A model generated the notes under the pieces. It did no database searches. It worked only from the letters and a program-made list of their open reading frames with translations, and was not told the DNA's origin. This document shows, piece after piece, positions 8,108 to 18,357 of a DNA stretch of 64,000 nucleotides; the stretch's first letter is position 1, and each line of letters starts with the position of its first letter. The DNA is from a virus (taxonomy: Duplodnaviria; Caudoviricetes): positions 32,001 through 96,000 of the IMG/VR virus record IMGVR_UViG_3300031867_000021. One strand, given 5' to 3'. The position numbers were made by a program, and so were the translations under genes.

Positions 8108-10786
8108 TTATACAGTGTTCAGCAATAACGGTAAATTGTTGAAATTATATTCGCCAAGAAGATTGTTGTTCGGGTCTTGCAGACTTACATCCGCTCCGTT
8201 GTTTCCAAACGCACCGAAATTCTGGAAATTATAATTATATGTGCCGCCTGTATATCCACTGATGACTGCAAATCTTGCTCCATACTGTTGGTGTGGTGCG
8301 TATGATATGCTATTGCGAACGGTAAGTCCTTGATTTGTTTGATTGTCCGCCAACCCGGTATGTACAAACAATCCGCCATGCCCAACGTCTCCGAATGTAC
8401 CGTCACATTCGCTTATAAAAGTGCAATTTTCAAACGTAAAGTCGCAATCCTTACATGTACCAATGCCAACAGCCGCACCTGCATTGCTAACAAATTTGCA
8501 ATTTATGAATTTAACTTTGCAGGAACCGAAATCAACGTGAACGGCATAGGCAAATGTTCTGCCTTGTGTCTGCGTGTGGTGTTCCTCATCTGTCATGTTT
8601 ATAAAACTGATTCCTTGAATTGTTCCGTTTGTCTGTATTTCTGCGGGTGGATATGAATAATCACCCAAATTGTCAAAAACTATCGTGGTGTTTGAATCAT
8701 ATCCAAACAGCGAAATCCATCGTGGCGTTTGATAAGTTGCACCACGCAGTTTGAACCGTTCATAATTGCCGGGTAGTATGACAATCGTATATGGTTTAGA
8801 TGGGCTATCATCTTTAATACTGTCAATGGCGTCCTGTATGGTTGTATAATCACACCCATTCTGATTCCCGACATATATTATTGTTGGTATATTGTGTTTT
8901 AATTCACGTCCATTCCTGTATAGGATAACATCAAGACAATAATTGTTACCGCAATAAGACCAAATGTCTGTGCTTTCGGACGATGGAATATATTTGTTTG
9001 TGTCAGTTGACCCGGAAGGCATCGCAGTACAATTTGATGTTGTTTCGTTCGGCGTTGATGCGACGTTGCCTGTTGCGGCTTTAATGCTCACATAAAAATT
9101 TCCGGACAATTGTACAGGTGAATCGAAAACGGCATCAACCCATTGCATTGCGCTGTTTGATTGTACTGCAACCGTTTTTGATGCAAGCACACTTGTAAAT
9201 GATCCATCCCAAATTGCAATTTCAACATTAATCGTTGCTGAAGCACCAGAGCATCTGGCATAAACCGATACTTTATCAACTTCACCAGTAAAAGAATATC
9301 GTGTTGCAAATGCCCGAAACGTAGTAGAACCAACACCTTCAACGCTTGTATCAAATCCTTTGAATTCATTAACAAATGCGTTATTTGATATATCATCAAA
9401 AGCAGATTCTGTTCTATCGCTTAATTGATTTATTTCTGTATCAATTGTATTTATCGCACCGTTAATTTCTGCATCAATGGTTCTTTTCAAATTTGCAAGT
9501 GCACCATTGATGTAGTTAATTACGACATAAGCATTAGGTGAAAACTGTGTGCGTGTGCTAAAACGAACATAACACGTTCCCTGCGGAATAGTAACGCTGT
9601 CAGAGCTGAAATGCCCGTCAAAATCTCCATTCCCACTATCTGGAATCATTTCTTTATTTTCATCATAGAAAGCATAACCATAACAGTACGCTTTCCATGA
9701 CGAATTATTAAAATCAAAAAGCTCAAATTTATCATTTTGTGAAAACGGACATAATTCAGATATGGAAAAACTGTCAGATGGCCCGGTCGGATTCCCCGTC
9801 ATACCTATATAGTAACCAACAGCCAAAGGAACGGTTAGCGTGTTTATTGCACCGTTAATTTCTGCATCAATGGTTCTTTTCAAATTTGCAAGTGCACCAT
9901 TGATGTAGTTAATTACGACATAAGCATTAGGTGAAAACTGTGTGCGTGTGCTAAAACGAACATAACACGTTCCCTGCGGAATAGTAACGCTGTCAGAGCT
10001 GAAATGCCCGTCAAAATCTCCATTCCCACTATCTGGAATCATTTCTTTATTTTCATCATAGAAAGCATAACCATAACAGTACGCTTTCCATGACGAATTA
10101 TTAAAATCAAAAAGCTCAAATTTATCATTTTGTGAAAACGGACATAATTCAGATATGGAAAAACTGTCAGATGGCCCGGTCGGATTCCCCGTCATACCTA
10201 TATAGTAACCAACAGCCAAAGGAACGGTTAGCGTGTTTATTGCGCTCTTTAAATCAGTAACCGCCTCCCCCATTTCGGTGTAATCTTCCGGGATTGATTC
10301 GAGAACTTCCTCTGCCGCGGTTGCCGAAGCTGCGGCCGCAGAGGCAGAACCGGCCGCAGCAGTCGCACTTCCAGCCGCCGCAGTCTCATGAGAAGCCGCC
10401 TGCTCAGCATAATACTTCGCGTTGTTGTGATACGCCACATCTGTTGATCCTACATCCGCGCCGTGGCGTCTCCCGATCGCATAGGCTTCCGCATCGGCAA
10501 CCCTGTCAGCCGCGTCTTCCGCATGTCCTTCGGCATCATCAACGCACTGCTGAGCATCCGCCAGGGCGTCAGCGGCTTCCTGAGCACTGGCCGCCGCCGC
10601 CTGAGCCGCCGTTTCGGCTGAAGTCTTTGACCCTGAAGCCTGATCCGCATACTGCGCAACCAGTCTCGCGTTCTGGGCAAACTCCGCCTGATCCTGACAA
10701 AACTGGGCATAAGTTCCCGCATAGCCGCCCCGCACAGCAGCGCCGTAAGCAGTTACGATCCCGGCTGAATATCTTCTGTCTGCCAT
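8108..10786 (-). CDS. Tail fibre / receptor-binding protein with Ala-rich coiled N-terminus and beta-helix (pectin-lyase-like) C-terminus
   Basis: Ala-rich stalk; DYTTIQDAID...ILPGNY and repeated xFxNC beta-helix motifs; position after baseplate. Confidence 0.75.
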   Translation of the reverse strand: MADRRYSAGIVTAYGAAVRGGYAGTYAQFCQDQAEFAQNARLVAQYADQASGSKTSAETAAQAAAASAQEAADALADAQQCVDDAEGHAEDAADRVADAEAYAIGRRHGADVGSTDVAYHNNAKYYAEQAASHETAAAGSATAAAGSASAAAASATAAEEVLESIPEDYTEMGEAVTDLKSAINTLTVPLAVGYYIGMTGNPTGPSDSFSISELCPFSQNDKFELFDFNNSSWKAYCYGYAFYDENKEMIPDSGNGDFDGHFSSDSVTIPQGTCYVRFSTRTQFSPNAYVVINYINGALANLKRTIDAEINGAINTLTVPLAVGYYIGMTGNPTGPSDSFSISELCPFSQNDKFELFDFNNSSWKAYCYGYAFYDENKEMIPDSGNGDFDGHFSSDSVTIPQGTCYVRFSTRTQFSPNAYVVINYINGALANLKRTIDAEINGAINTIDTEINQLSDRTESAFDDISNNAFVNEFKGFDTSVEGVGSTTFRAFATRYSFTGEVDKVSVYARCSGASATINVEIAIWDGSFTSVLASKTVAVQSNSAMQWVDAVFDSPVQLSGNFYVSIKAATGNVASTPNETTSNCTAMPSGSTDTNKYIPSSESTDIWSYCGNNYCLDVILYRNGRELKHNIPTIIYVGNQNGCDYTTIQDAIDSIKDDSPSKPYTIVILPGNYERFKLRGATYQTPRWISLFGYDSNTTIVFDNLGDYSYPPAEIQTNGTIQGISFINMTDEEHHTQTQGRTFAYAVHVDFGSCKVKFINCKFVSNAGAAVGIGTCKDCDFTFENCTFISECDGTFGDVGHGGLFVHTGLADNQTNQGLTVRNSISYAPHQQYGARFAVISGYTGGTYNYNFQNFGAFGNNGADVSLQDPNNNLLGEYNFNNLPLLLNTV
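9456..10243. repeat. Tandem duplication, 2 x 393 bp (131 aa, in frame)
   Basis: Sequence from 9456 recurs at 9849 with no differences seen; protein repeat AINTLTVPL...DAEING. Confidence 0.93.
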
Positions 10787-10820
10787 AGAGCTTCCTCCCC
10801 ACAAAAAAGCAATTTTAAAG

Positions 10821-11291
10821 TCACTGCTGATGAATCGTTACAATAAGTTCGCCGGTGTTTTCATTCACAGAAAACGAAACATCATCATCAATCGCCTGAA
10901 TCACAGTCACATACATGTTTCCGTCATTTTGATCCACGTCGAACCAGGCATATCCGGCTTCCTTTTCCAGATTTTCAATCGCCTCATCCGCCCGGTCGAT
11001 CGCGTCCTGAATGTCATCAAGCTGAGCATTAATCATGCTGGCGCAATTATCAGCAAAATATTTCGCATTGTAATGGAAATATGTTCCCGATTCTACAGCC
11101 GTCCCATCCTGCTCTCCTACTGCGTATCCTTCCGCTTTCAAGGCGCTTGCTGCGGCCTCTGCTGCTTTTTGTATAGCCAGGGCCGTCACGTCAGCCCCTA
11201 CCGCCGTGCTGATTCTCTCAAGAGCCTGAGCGATCCTCAGGAACTCCGGGTCAGCCAGCGGCAAATAACCGAACTCTCTGTTGACCGACAC
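10821..11291 (-). CDS. Tail-fibre-associated protein
   Basis: Shares AEGYAVG...T...YNAKY motif with the fibre N-terminus (AEAYAIG...YHNNAKYY). Confidence 0.6.
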   Translation of the reverse strand: MSVNREFGYLPLADPEFLRIAQALERISTAVGADVTALAIQKAAEAAASALKAEGYAVGEQDGTAVESGTYFHYNAKYFADNCASMINAQLDDIQDAIDRADEAIENLEKEAGYAWFDVDQNDGNMYVTVIQAIDDDVSFSVNENTGELIVTIHQQ

Positions 11292-11306
11292 GATATCACC
11301 CCTCTC

Positions 11307-12098
11307 TTACTCAAATCTGGCCCCGCGCACCACACCATTGACCGTCAGACTGGCGAACGTCGGGGAGGAAGTCATATTCAGCTCCTGATTGACCCTGTCA
11401 TGCAGCGTGTCGAGCCATTCCTTGTCGGTCGTCGACATATAGCCGTGCTTTGCGGTCGTCGCGTCGTCATGATCATGGTCGGCCGTCGCGAAGAAATCGG
11501 CATCGTGCCCGTCCAGTGTGTTCGCGTCTCCCGTGATATCCACATCGAACTTTCCATTAGCATTCAGCCGCAGGAGCTTACCGGCTTCTTTTTCGTCCTC
11601 GCTGGAAAGCACATCATCATTTGTGATCATTCCAGACTGAGAAATCATCACGGTAATGTTCGCAGAACCATTGAACACATACGGAATATCGTAAACCCGC
11701 TGCACCGTTGCGGTCGCCTCTGACAGAATCAGGTCCGGTGTGCCCCCGAAAGTCATATAACTGAACAGGCACTCTGAATTCGCGATATCGTTCCCCTGCG
11801 CGTCCACGAGCTTTGCAAAAACACCAATTTCGTCCACATAAGTCGCGGCCTCCAGATTGGAATTCAGATACTGCACCGTCACAATCATGACTCCGTTGCT
11901 CCGGGTTATTTTTCGGGCAATCACAGCATCCCTGAACTTCGCGATCAATTGAGTATAGTTCTCCAGGATCGCCGCATCGGCAGCAACTCCGGTTCCGAGT
12001 TCCGCCCGGGTAAAAACAACCCTGGCATCCGTGCCAAGCGCAGTGGCCAGAAGGTTTCGACCCACAGCCGTAATAACGTTTTCAACCGCTCTACTCAT
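11307..12098 (-). CDS. Tail fibre/collar protein
   Basis: ITAVGRNLLA...FTRAELGTG...EIGVFA N-terminal fibre-anchoring pattern; ANTLDGHDA motif. Confidence 0.7.
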   Translation of the reverse strand: MSRAVENVITAVGRNLLATALGTDARVVFTRAELGTGVAADAAILENYTQLIAKFRDAVIARKITRSNGVMIVTVQYLNSNLEAATYVDEIGVFAKLVDAQGNDIANSECLFSYMTFGGTPDLILSEATATVQRVYDIPYVFNGSANITVMISQSGMITNDDVLSSEDEKEAGKLLRLNANGKFDVDITGDANTLDGHDADFFATADHDHDDATTAKHGYMSTTDKEWLDTLHDRVNQELNMTSSPTFASLTVNGVVRGARFE

Positions 12099-12101
12099 CG
12101 C

Positions 12102-13070
12102 TTATTCCTCCTGTTCTGCAGCTCCCTGAAGCCCGACCTGCATAAAGTCGGATCCAAGCCGTGTATCTGTCGTAATATTTGTATTAGCCACAGTATCAAT
12201 GATTTCATAAACGACATCAACTCCGGCGGGCCGTGGCGCAATCAGGTCGCCACGAACCATCTGCTTCTGAATATCTGACAACTTTCCACGAATCTGGTAT
12301 TTCATGGTCATCAGTCCTGTTTCCGGATCAACGCCGCCATCTGTAAAAGAAAAACCGTAGTTGGAGAAAACTGCTCTCAAGATGTTCGTAAGCCCTTGGT
12401 TGGTTCCGTCCCACATGTTTGAGGCGATCCGCGCCTGAATCAGCAGCCTGAAATCGTCATCGTTCAAAAGTCCGTCCGAGCCTTCTATTGCAAACGGAAG
12501 CTGACGTTCCGCTCCGACAATGGCGCCAATGAAATCAAGCTGCCTGCCGACAGCAGAAGTCAGGTCAAAATCCAGGAGCGTCTGTTCGAGCATGTTTCCG
12601 ATTTCGATCCCCTGCACGCAGCACAAAAGCACGAACTCCGCGAACCGGCTCCGCTCAGGCGTGTAGGATTCTACGATGTAGAAATATGTAAAAGGCAGGG
12701 CTGAATCTTCAACCCCGCTGACCACAATTCTGCTAAATCTGCTGAAATTCTGCCCGGAAGCGGTTTCCTCCGGAAGGTCGAACGTTTTGCCGTTCAATCC
12801 TTCATTGCCGGCGGCCACTGTGGCAATGAGCCTTTCCTCTTCCTGTCCTCCGGTTCTGACCCTGTAATAAACCCGAAGTTCCGCATTTGAATTCTTGCTT
12901 GTTGTGCTGATGTAAACTTCGTTTCCAATCAACTGATTCAGATAGGCGATACTGGCTGTTTTTTCCGGCCCTTCGCCTGAATATGTGACATCAAAAATCG
13001 TCCAGATTTCGCCCTCTCTCGGAATCCGATGCGCCGGCGGAATCATTTCCTCGTATCTCTGATAATCCAT
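12102..13070 (-). CDS. Baseplate wedge protein (DUF2612-like)
   Basis: FDLTSAVGRQLDFIGAIVG...DDDFRLLIQARI...WDGT...PRPAGV. Confidence 0.8.
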   Translation of the reverse strand: MDYQRYEEMIPPAHRIPREGEIWTIFDVTYSGEGPEKTASIAYLNQLIGNEVYISTTSKNSNAELRVYYRVRTGGQEEERLIATVAAGNEGLNGKTFDLPEETASGQNFSRFSRIVVSGVEDSALPFTYFYIVESYTPERSRFAEFVLLCCVQGIEIGNMLEQTLLDFDLTSAVGRQLDFIGAIVGAERQLPFAIEGSDGLLNDDDFRLLIQARIASNMWDGTNQGLTNILRAVFSNYGFSFTDGGVDPETGLMTMKYQIRGKLSDIQKQMVRGDLIAPRPAGVDVVYEIIDTVANTNITTDTRLGSDFMQVGLQGAAEQEE

Positions 13071-13072
13071 TC

Positions 13073-14275
13073 TTATTCCACCTCAATTACCCAGACATTC
13101 GGTGAAGTCTCCGTCAGCGTTGTCACGGTTCCGGCATTTTTCCACATATAATCATAAGGCGCCACAAGCGTATCGCTCTGGACGCTTTCGCCATGCCCCG
13201 CCACATACAGGTTTGAGATAGAGAAAATCGGATAAGCGGCCTTATTTGCGCTGAATATAATCCCATGCAGCAGACCGACAATCAGGTTTTCCCCGACACC
13301 CAGCGAATTGATATACTCGGAAACGACCCGTGGAATATCTTCTGAAAGCAGCGTAGGCTCAAACTCCGCAAATATTCGCAGCGTCATCGATACTTTGACG
13401 TTTTCCTTTGTCGGCCGGCTGAATCGAATCTCATTCTCGTGATTGTATTCATCTACATAAATCACGGCTTCTGTTCCGCTAAGCCCACACCCAGGAGCTT
13501 TTTTTAACCACAAAACCTCCGCAATATCAGCATCTTCTCCGCCATCTACAACAGCGCAGATGGAATGGGCCGGAATATCCCCCGGCGTGGATGTCCTGTT
13601 TTCGACCACATTGACCGAGTTGACTCCGCTCACATTTACCAGGGCACCCACAATCCCGCTCATGATGGATCTTGACGGAAGCGAAACACTTGCACTCCTG
13701 CGCTTGCGCAACTGCGCGTCCGTCTCAATCTCGTTACCAAGAATCGCCGGTGCTTCGTTTGTCACGCCGTACCAGTGAACAACAGCCGTATTGATCTCAT
13801 TGATTGCACCAATACCTGCGGCAATGGCCCCTGTCTCTGTGCAGTATGCGGTCGCTGTGGCTTTACCTTCATTGTTAAAAGTCACAGGCTCCTGAATCTG
13901 CCAGACATGAGAATCTATGTCAATTGCCTGTAGTCCAGCCGGAAGGGTTACGCCCGCCGTCCCGGTCAGCGTGAGAACCGCAGAGGAGCTTGTGGCCTGT
14001 TTGCGGACAATACCGTTGAGTGGCACCAGAAGGTCAAGGGCTGAATCCGTCGCATAATTCGGATTTCTGGAGTTGTAGTTATCCAGGAGCACCGAACCCA
14101 GATCATCCCAGCACTTCGCCACAATCGAAAGCAGCTGATAATCCATGGTATCCGGCTCAATATACACATCTGAGCCGAAAATCTTCCGATATCCGGCAAT
14201 CAGATCCTCCAGTCTCTCCGCATAACTCGGAAGGTGGATCCCACCCTCATCGAGATAAGGCGCGAAGTAGCTCAT
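13073..14275 (-). CDS. Baseplate J / Mu gp47-like protein
   Basis: G..RKQAT, ETDAQLRKRR, ENRT...PAHSI..VVDGG motifs. Confidence 0.88.
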   Translation of the reverse strand: MSYFAPYLDEGGIHLPSYAERLEDLIAGYRKIFGSDVYIEPDTMDYQLLSIVAKCWDDLGSVLLDNYNSRNPNYATDSALDLLVPLNGIVRKQATSSSAVLTLTGTAGVTLPAGLQAIDIDSHVWQIQEPVTFNNEGKATATAYCTETGAIAAGIGAINEINTAVVHWYGVTNEAPAILGNEIETDAQLRKRRSASVSLPSRSIMSGIVGALVNVSGVNSVNVVENRTSTPGDIPAHSICAVVDGGEDADIAEVLWLKKAPGCGLSGTEAVIYVDEYNHENEIRFSRPTKENVKVSMTLRIFAEFEPTLLSEDIPRVVSEYINSLGVGENLIVGLLHGIIFSANKAAYPIFSISNLYVAGHGESVQSDTLVAPYDYMWKNAGTVTTLTETSPNVWVIEVE

Positions 14276-14633
14276 TCATGTCCACGCTCCTCTCTACATT
14301 TTCTCCAAATTCCGATCTGACGGTGATATCCGCCCGAATGCTGTGCTTATACCTTGTGGTGGAGGTCGAAACCAGTTCCTTTACCCCTCTCGTCTGCTTG
14401 ATATAGGCTGCTACATAGCCGATCATGGTATCAACGCCCTTTTCCGATCTCAGGCCGTTCACGAGGAACTGCGGAATTTCAAGCCCTATATCTCTGTCTT
14501 CCCACCAGTCCCCGCGGTGCAAGTCCATCCGGCTCTGCACCGCGGCCGCCACAGCATCCGTATCCACGAGCATCTGTGAGGAATTCTGAACCGGCCTCAT
14601 ATCTCCGTCTTCATCCACAGGTCTGTATCTCAT
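14247..14633 (-). CDS. Baseplate protein (gp46/gp25-like)
   Basis: MRYRPVDEDGD...AV.AAV.SR..L.RGDWWED..IG. Confidence 0.75.
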   Translation of the reverse strand: MRYRPVDEDGDMRPVQNSSQMLVDTDAVAAAVQSRMDLHRGDWWEDRDIGLEIPQFLVNGLRSEKGVDTMIGYVAAYIKQTRGVKELVSTSTTRYKHSIRADITVRSEFGENVERSVDMNELLRALSR

Positions 14634-14639
14634 TCCATA

Positions 14640-16955
14640 TCACGCTCCCGAAATCAGATTGCGAATCGCATTGATAACCGCCGCTGAAGGATACTGCGAA
14701 GAAACAGTCACCCGCGGCACTTCCTCACCAACTACGGTATAGCAGGCGCGAATCGCGGCAGCGAACCGTTCCATAATCGTTTTCCACTTCGCGAAGTACC
14801 CGTTTTCAGTCTCCTGATTCAGAACAATCTCCGCAAGGCCGTAGGCGGCCCTTTTCGCATTGATCATCTGCCACATCTCCGTGATATCCGCCTTGTGAGA
14901 AATGCTTTCGTTCGAAATGATATCTCCCGAAGCGATTTCTCTGAAAAACTCTGTCTCAGACAGAGTGATCGTCCAGGACGCATCCGCAAGGCAGTGTGCC
15001 AGCTCGTCACTGACCCGCGCGAAGAACTCATAGGTTCCGGCGGCCTGCAGCTCAGCCCTGAAATAGGCAATTCCGGCTGCAGAAGAAACGCTCTTTGAAC
15101 TGCTCCATACGGTTTGACCATCTTTGACCGCCCACATGGACACGGTCTGCGCCATTCCGTCCGGCTCCGCTGAATAACTCACCTTAAAGGCCGGAGTTAA
15201 TGTCGCCATGGTGTTCACAACCGGAAGCTGAATCACCGGAGTTTCCGGCAGCCGGTTTTTCCTGACCGTTGTCGTTTCTGCATAGGCGCTCATCGCGCCG
15301 ATGGTATCTCTGGCCGCCACCCGATACTTGATAAAGCTTCCGCGAGGCAGAACCATCAGCGTCGGCGCATGGTTGTAGCTGGTTCCGATGACCGTTGCAA
15401 GACTTGTCCAGCTGCCCCATGAGGATCCGTCGGATGAAACTGCGTACTGCAGAACATAATCGCTCAGATTTCCATCCGCATCCGTAGAAGCCTCCCATGA
15501 GAGAACGATATTTCCGCTCTCATATCTTGCCGGCGTCACTTCAAAGCTTCCCGGAACAGTCGGCAGCGAGTTTCTGGTTACGACGCTTGAGGCAATCCAG
15601 TCGGAAGCAACACCCAGAGCATCGATCGCCCGAACGTAGTATTTTATTTTCGCTCCACGAGAGAAAGACGGAGCATCGAATTGATAACTGGTTACATTTC
15701 CAACGTTCGTAGCCGTTCCGCGCGTCCCGTTGTTGCTTGCATCAAGCGCAACCTCATAATAACTGATGTTTGAGGTCGTTTTTGCCGCAGCGGTCCATGA
15801 AACGGTGATTTTCCCATTCTCCCAAACCGCCGGGCTTGCCGAGATCCCGGAAGGCGCTCCTGGAACAATATTCTTCTGCAGCGAAGAGAACTCCACATAT
15901 CCGCTTGCTACACCGAAGGCGTCCACCGCCCTGACCCGGTACTGGATTTGGTATCCTCTCGTCAGAGAAGGCGAGGCGGTATAGGTTCTGTTTGTGCCGT
16001 TGCTCCACTCGCTCGACCACGCACTCCAGCTCGACCCGTTGTACGTTCTGTAGCTCAGGTTGTACTGGCTTATGCTTGATGTTGAGGAAGAGGAAGCATT
16101 CCACGAAAGAGTAATCGCACCTTCAAAGACTGCAGGCGTAGCGCTCAGCCCGCTCGGATTTGTCGGTGCAATATCCCTCCGCAGGGTACCGCTCGCGACA
16201 TAGCCGGAATAATAGCTCTCTCCGGCGCTGCCCTCTGTTCTGACCCGGAACTGCCGATAATAGCCCCTCGTGCCAGAAGGCGCAACCGCGACACTGGTAG
16301 CGGTTGTTGTGGTGTAATCAGCCCACGCGCCCCATGAGCTTCCGTCGGAGGATTCTCGGTACTGTATACGATATCTCTGAATTGAGTTGCTGCTTCCGGC
16401 AGAGCCCGCGTTCCAGCTCAGCGTCACATTCCCTTCAGAAATGGCACTGCTCAGCCTGACATTGCTCGGCGCTCCGCAGGCGGTATACACAAGGGCTGTC
16501 GTGATTACGACGGTCGCCTGTTCCCACCAGCCGACACCGTAATCCGCGTAACCCGTTCCGCCGTACCCCTTCTTCAGGGCAATGGTCTTCCCCCGAAGAT
16601 TTGTCCACGACTGGCCTGACTTATTGAAGTTTCCGGCCCCGTAGGATTCGCCAGGAGAAAACGAATGCTTCCCAAGTGAATAGGCGTTTCCGCCGGAAGA
16701 ATCGCAGATGAATAATTCGATGGACTGATCCGTGTCATCATAATTGTAAAACGTTCCATTAATCGAAATGCCGGTCGGGTATTCATCCGGCCCAAGAGCG
16801 ATCGTTCCGCCGCTGTTAGGCCAAACAGAATCCGGCTGTGCGTATATACATCCCTTTGTCGCGCCAAGGCAAGAATAGCTGTTAAACCGATACCGCCACA
16901 AATCTTCATAGGTATGGCGCTCCGGGTTTCCGATATAGCCAGTCCTTGAACCCAT
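14640..16955 (-). CDS. Fibronectin type III repeat virion protein
   Basis: Repeated P..PS.LS...ITLSW.A......Y......YRVRA.D modules. Confidence 0.8.
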   Translation of the reverse strand: MGSRTGYIGNPERHTYEDLWRYRFNSYSCLGATKGCIYAQPDSVWPNSGGTIALGPDEYPTGISINGTFYNYDDTDQSIELFICDSSGGNAYSLGKHSFSPGESYGAGNFNKSGQSWTNLRGKTIALKKGYGGTGYADYGVGWWEQATVVITTALVYTACGAPSNVRLSSAISEGNVTLSWNAGSAGSSNSIQRYRIQYRESSDGSSWGAWADYTTTTATSVAVAPSGTRGYYRQFRVRTEGSAGESYYSGYVASGTLRRDIAPTNPSGLSATPAVFEGAITLSWNASSSSTSSISQYNLSYRTYNGSSWSAWSSEWSNGTNRTYTASPSLTRGYQIQYRVRAVDAFGVASGYVEFSSLQKNIVPGAPSGISASPAVWENGKITVSWTAAAKTTSNISYYEVALDASNNGTRGTATNVGNVTSYQFDAPSFSRGAKIKYYVRAIDALGVASDWIASSVVTRNSLPTVPGSFEVTPARYESGNIVLSWEASTDADGNLSDYVLQYAVSSDGSSWGSWTSLATVIGTSYNHAPTLMVLPRGSFIKYRVAARDTIGAMSAYAETTTVRKNRLPETPVIQLPVVNTMATLTPAFKVSYSAEPDGMAQTVSMWAVKDGQTVWSSSKSVSSAAGIAYFRAELQAAGTYEFFARVSDELAHCLADASWTITLSETEFFREIASGDIISNESISHKADITEMWQMINAKRAAYGLAEIVLNQETENGYFAKWKTIMERFAAAIRACYTVVGEEVPRVTVSSQYPSAAVINAIRNLISGA

Positions 16956-16984
16956 TAAACCACCCCTTTCTCCCCGGTGGGCAC

Positions 16985-17569
16985 TCAGCTAACCCTTGTC
17001 CAGCAGTACATCAGCATTTCCGGCATTTCTTCCCACACTCCGCCGAACAGCGTACCAGGATTGGTCTCAACTGTGCTGAAATAAACGGCGCCGACCGGAT
17101 AAATGAGATCCAGAACGACATTTTTGCTCAGCATTTCCGTCCCATTAAGGTTCTGGATCCTGTTTGGCTTGCTTCGGAATCCGACAAAGGCAAAACCGTC
17201 CGAAATATCATGTTTTCTTACAGAGATCGGCGAACTGGATCCCCCATTCTGGAACCATGCATCGATACAGCAGTCCGAGAAAACCACAAGGCACTCATCG
17301 CCCTGCGAAATCGGAAAGGTGAATCCGGCTCCCTTTCCTCCGGGAAAGAATACCGGCACATCAGAGAGAAGCGGCGGCCGCACGTTCTTGCCGTTCATCA
17401 AGCTTCGGATAGCCAGTTCCACGGTGACTGTCTGTTCCGCCTCGTTATATGATCGGACAATCCCCGGCTGCGCGCAGTGAATCTCCTGTTTAATCAGCTC
17501 TTTCAGCCTGTCAAACTCCGCGCCGGGTGCCTGTACAATTTCATCGACAGAAACCTTACTCATCAGCAC
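16985..17569 (-). CDS. Baseplate spike (Gp138/gpV-like)
   Basis: DVPVFFPGG...TFPI..GDECLVVF.D.CID.W...RKHDISDGFA. Confidence 0.8.
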   Translation of the reverse strand: MLMSKVSVDEIVQAPGAEFDRLKELIKQEIHCAQPGIVRSYNEAEQTVTVELAIRSLMNGKNVRPPLLSDVPVFFPGGKGAGFTFPISQGDECLVVFSDCCIDAWFQNGGSSSPISVRKHDISDGFAFVGFRSKPNRIQNLNGTEMLSKNVVLDLIYPVGAVYFSTVETNPGTLFGGVWEEMPEMLMYCWTRVS

Positions 17570-18357
17570 CCGCCTCCCCAGTCATTCCAGTTGTCGATCT
17601 GCGTTTCATCGACCAGAATCAGCTCGGTTTTCCAGAGTCCCTTCATGCTGTCCGCGTCAATCGTCTGACAGAGAAGCCTGTAGCTCGCCGCGGAATCCGG
17701 CAGTTTAATCGTCTGTCCGACAGGAAAACCCCGCATCCCGACAATCTGCACGATATACGCCCCTTCGGCCTGAGCAACCCGGTTCATGATATCCTGCGAG
17801 CCGAAGGTGATGGTGTCTGTTGATCTTCCCTTCTGGAAAATGAACAGGCCCCCGCGGGTGAAGTACGCGCGGGACTGCATGGATTTTGCCAGCTCGCTGA
17901 TATAAACGGCCGTTCTGCCATGAAAAGCCTGACCCCGGAACAGCGTGGCGTCATCCGCTCGAATCGCCACAATCGGGACCGGGCGGGAGCACTGCTCCAC
18001 CAGCGTCCGAATCGTCTTCTGAATGGAGTTTCCGGCTCGCAGGCTCAAAGAAACCGAGGACATCCAGAAATCCATCCCGTCCGAAATGACGATGGTCGTC
18101 ATATCCTTGTTGTTGTCCGTATGGGTGTAAATCTCTTCCACCTGACCGCGAACCAGCAGGCTTTCCTCCTGTCCCTTGACGTCCAGAACCTTCGCGTCAT
18201 GGATCCTTCCGGCGGCATCCTCCGGCAGCAGGTGAACCGTCAGCTCCCATAGGTCCGGCCGGAGACTCATCGTCGCCCTGCCCCGCAGCCGCATCCGGCA
18301 CCCTTCCGCGATCCGTACCCCATCCGCGAACAGGCTTAGTTCTCTCAGCTCGTCCAT
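17563..18357 (-). CDS. Baseplate hub protein
   Basis: Position and size between plug and spike. Confidence 0.6.
   Translation of the reverse strand: MDELRELSLFADGVRIAEGCRMRLRGRATMSLRPDLWELTVHLLPEDAAGRIHDAKVLDVKGQEESLLVRGQVEEIYTHTDNNKDMTTIVISDGMDFWMSSVSLSLRAGNSIQKTIRTLVEQCSRPVPIVAIRADDATLFRGQAFHGRTAVYISELAKSMQSRAYFTRGGLFIFQKGRSTDTITFGSQDIMNRVAQAEGAYIVQIVGMRGFPVGQTIKLPDSAASYRLLCQTIDADSMKGLWKTELILVDETQIDNWNDWGGGC

Noticed and set aside
9456-10243. Repeat pair as a diversity-generating retroelement TR/VR
   Set aside because: The copies are tandem, in frame and show no adenine-specific differences; no reverse transcriptase in the window.
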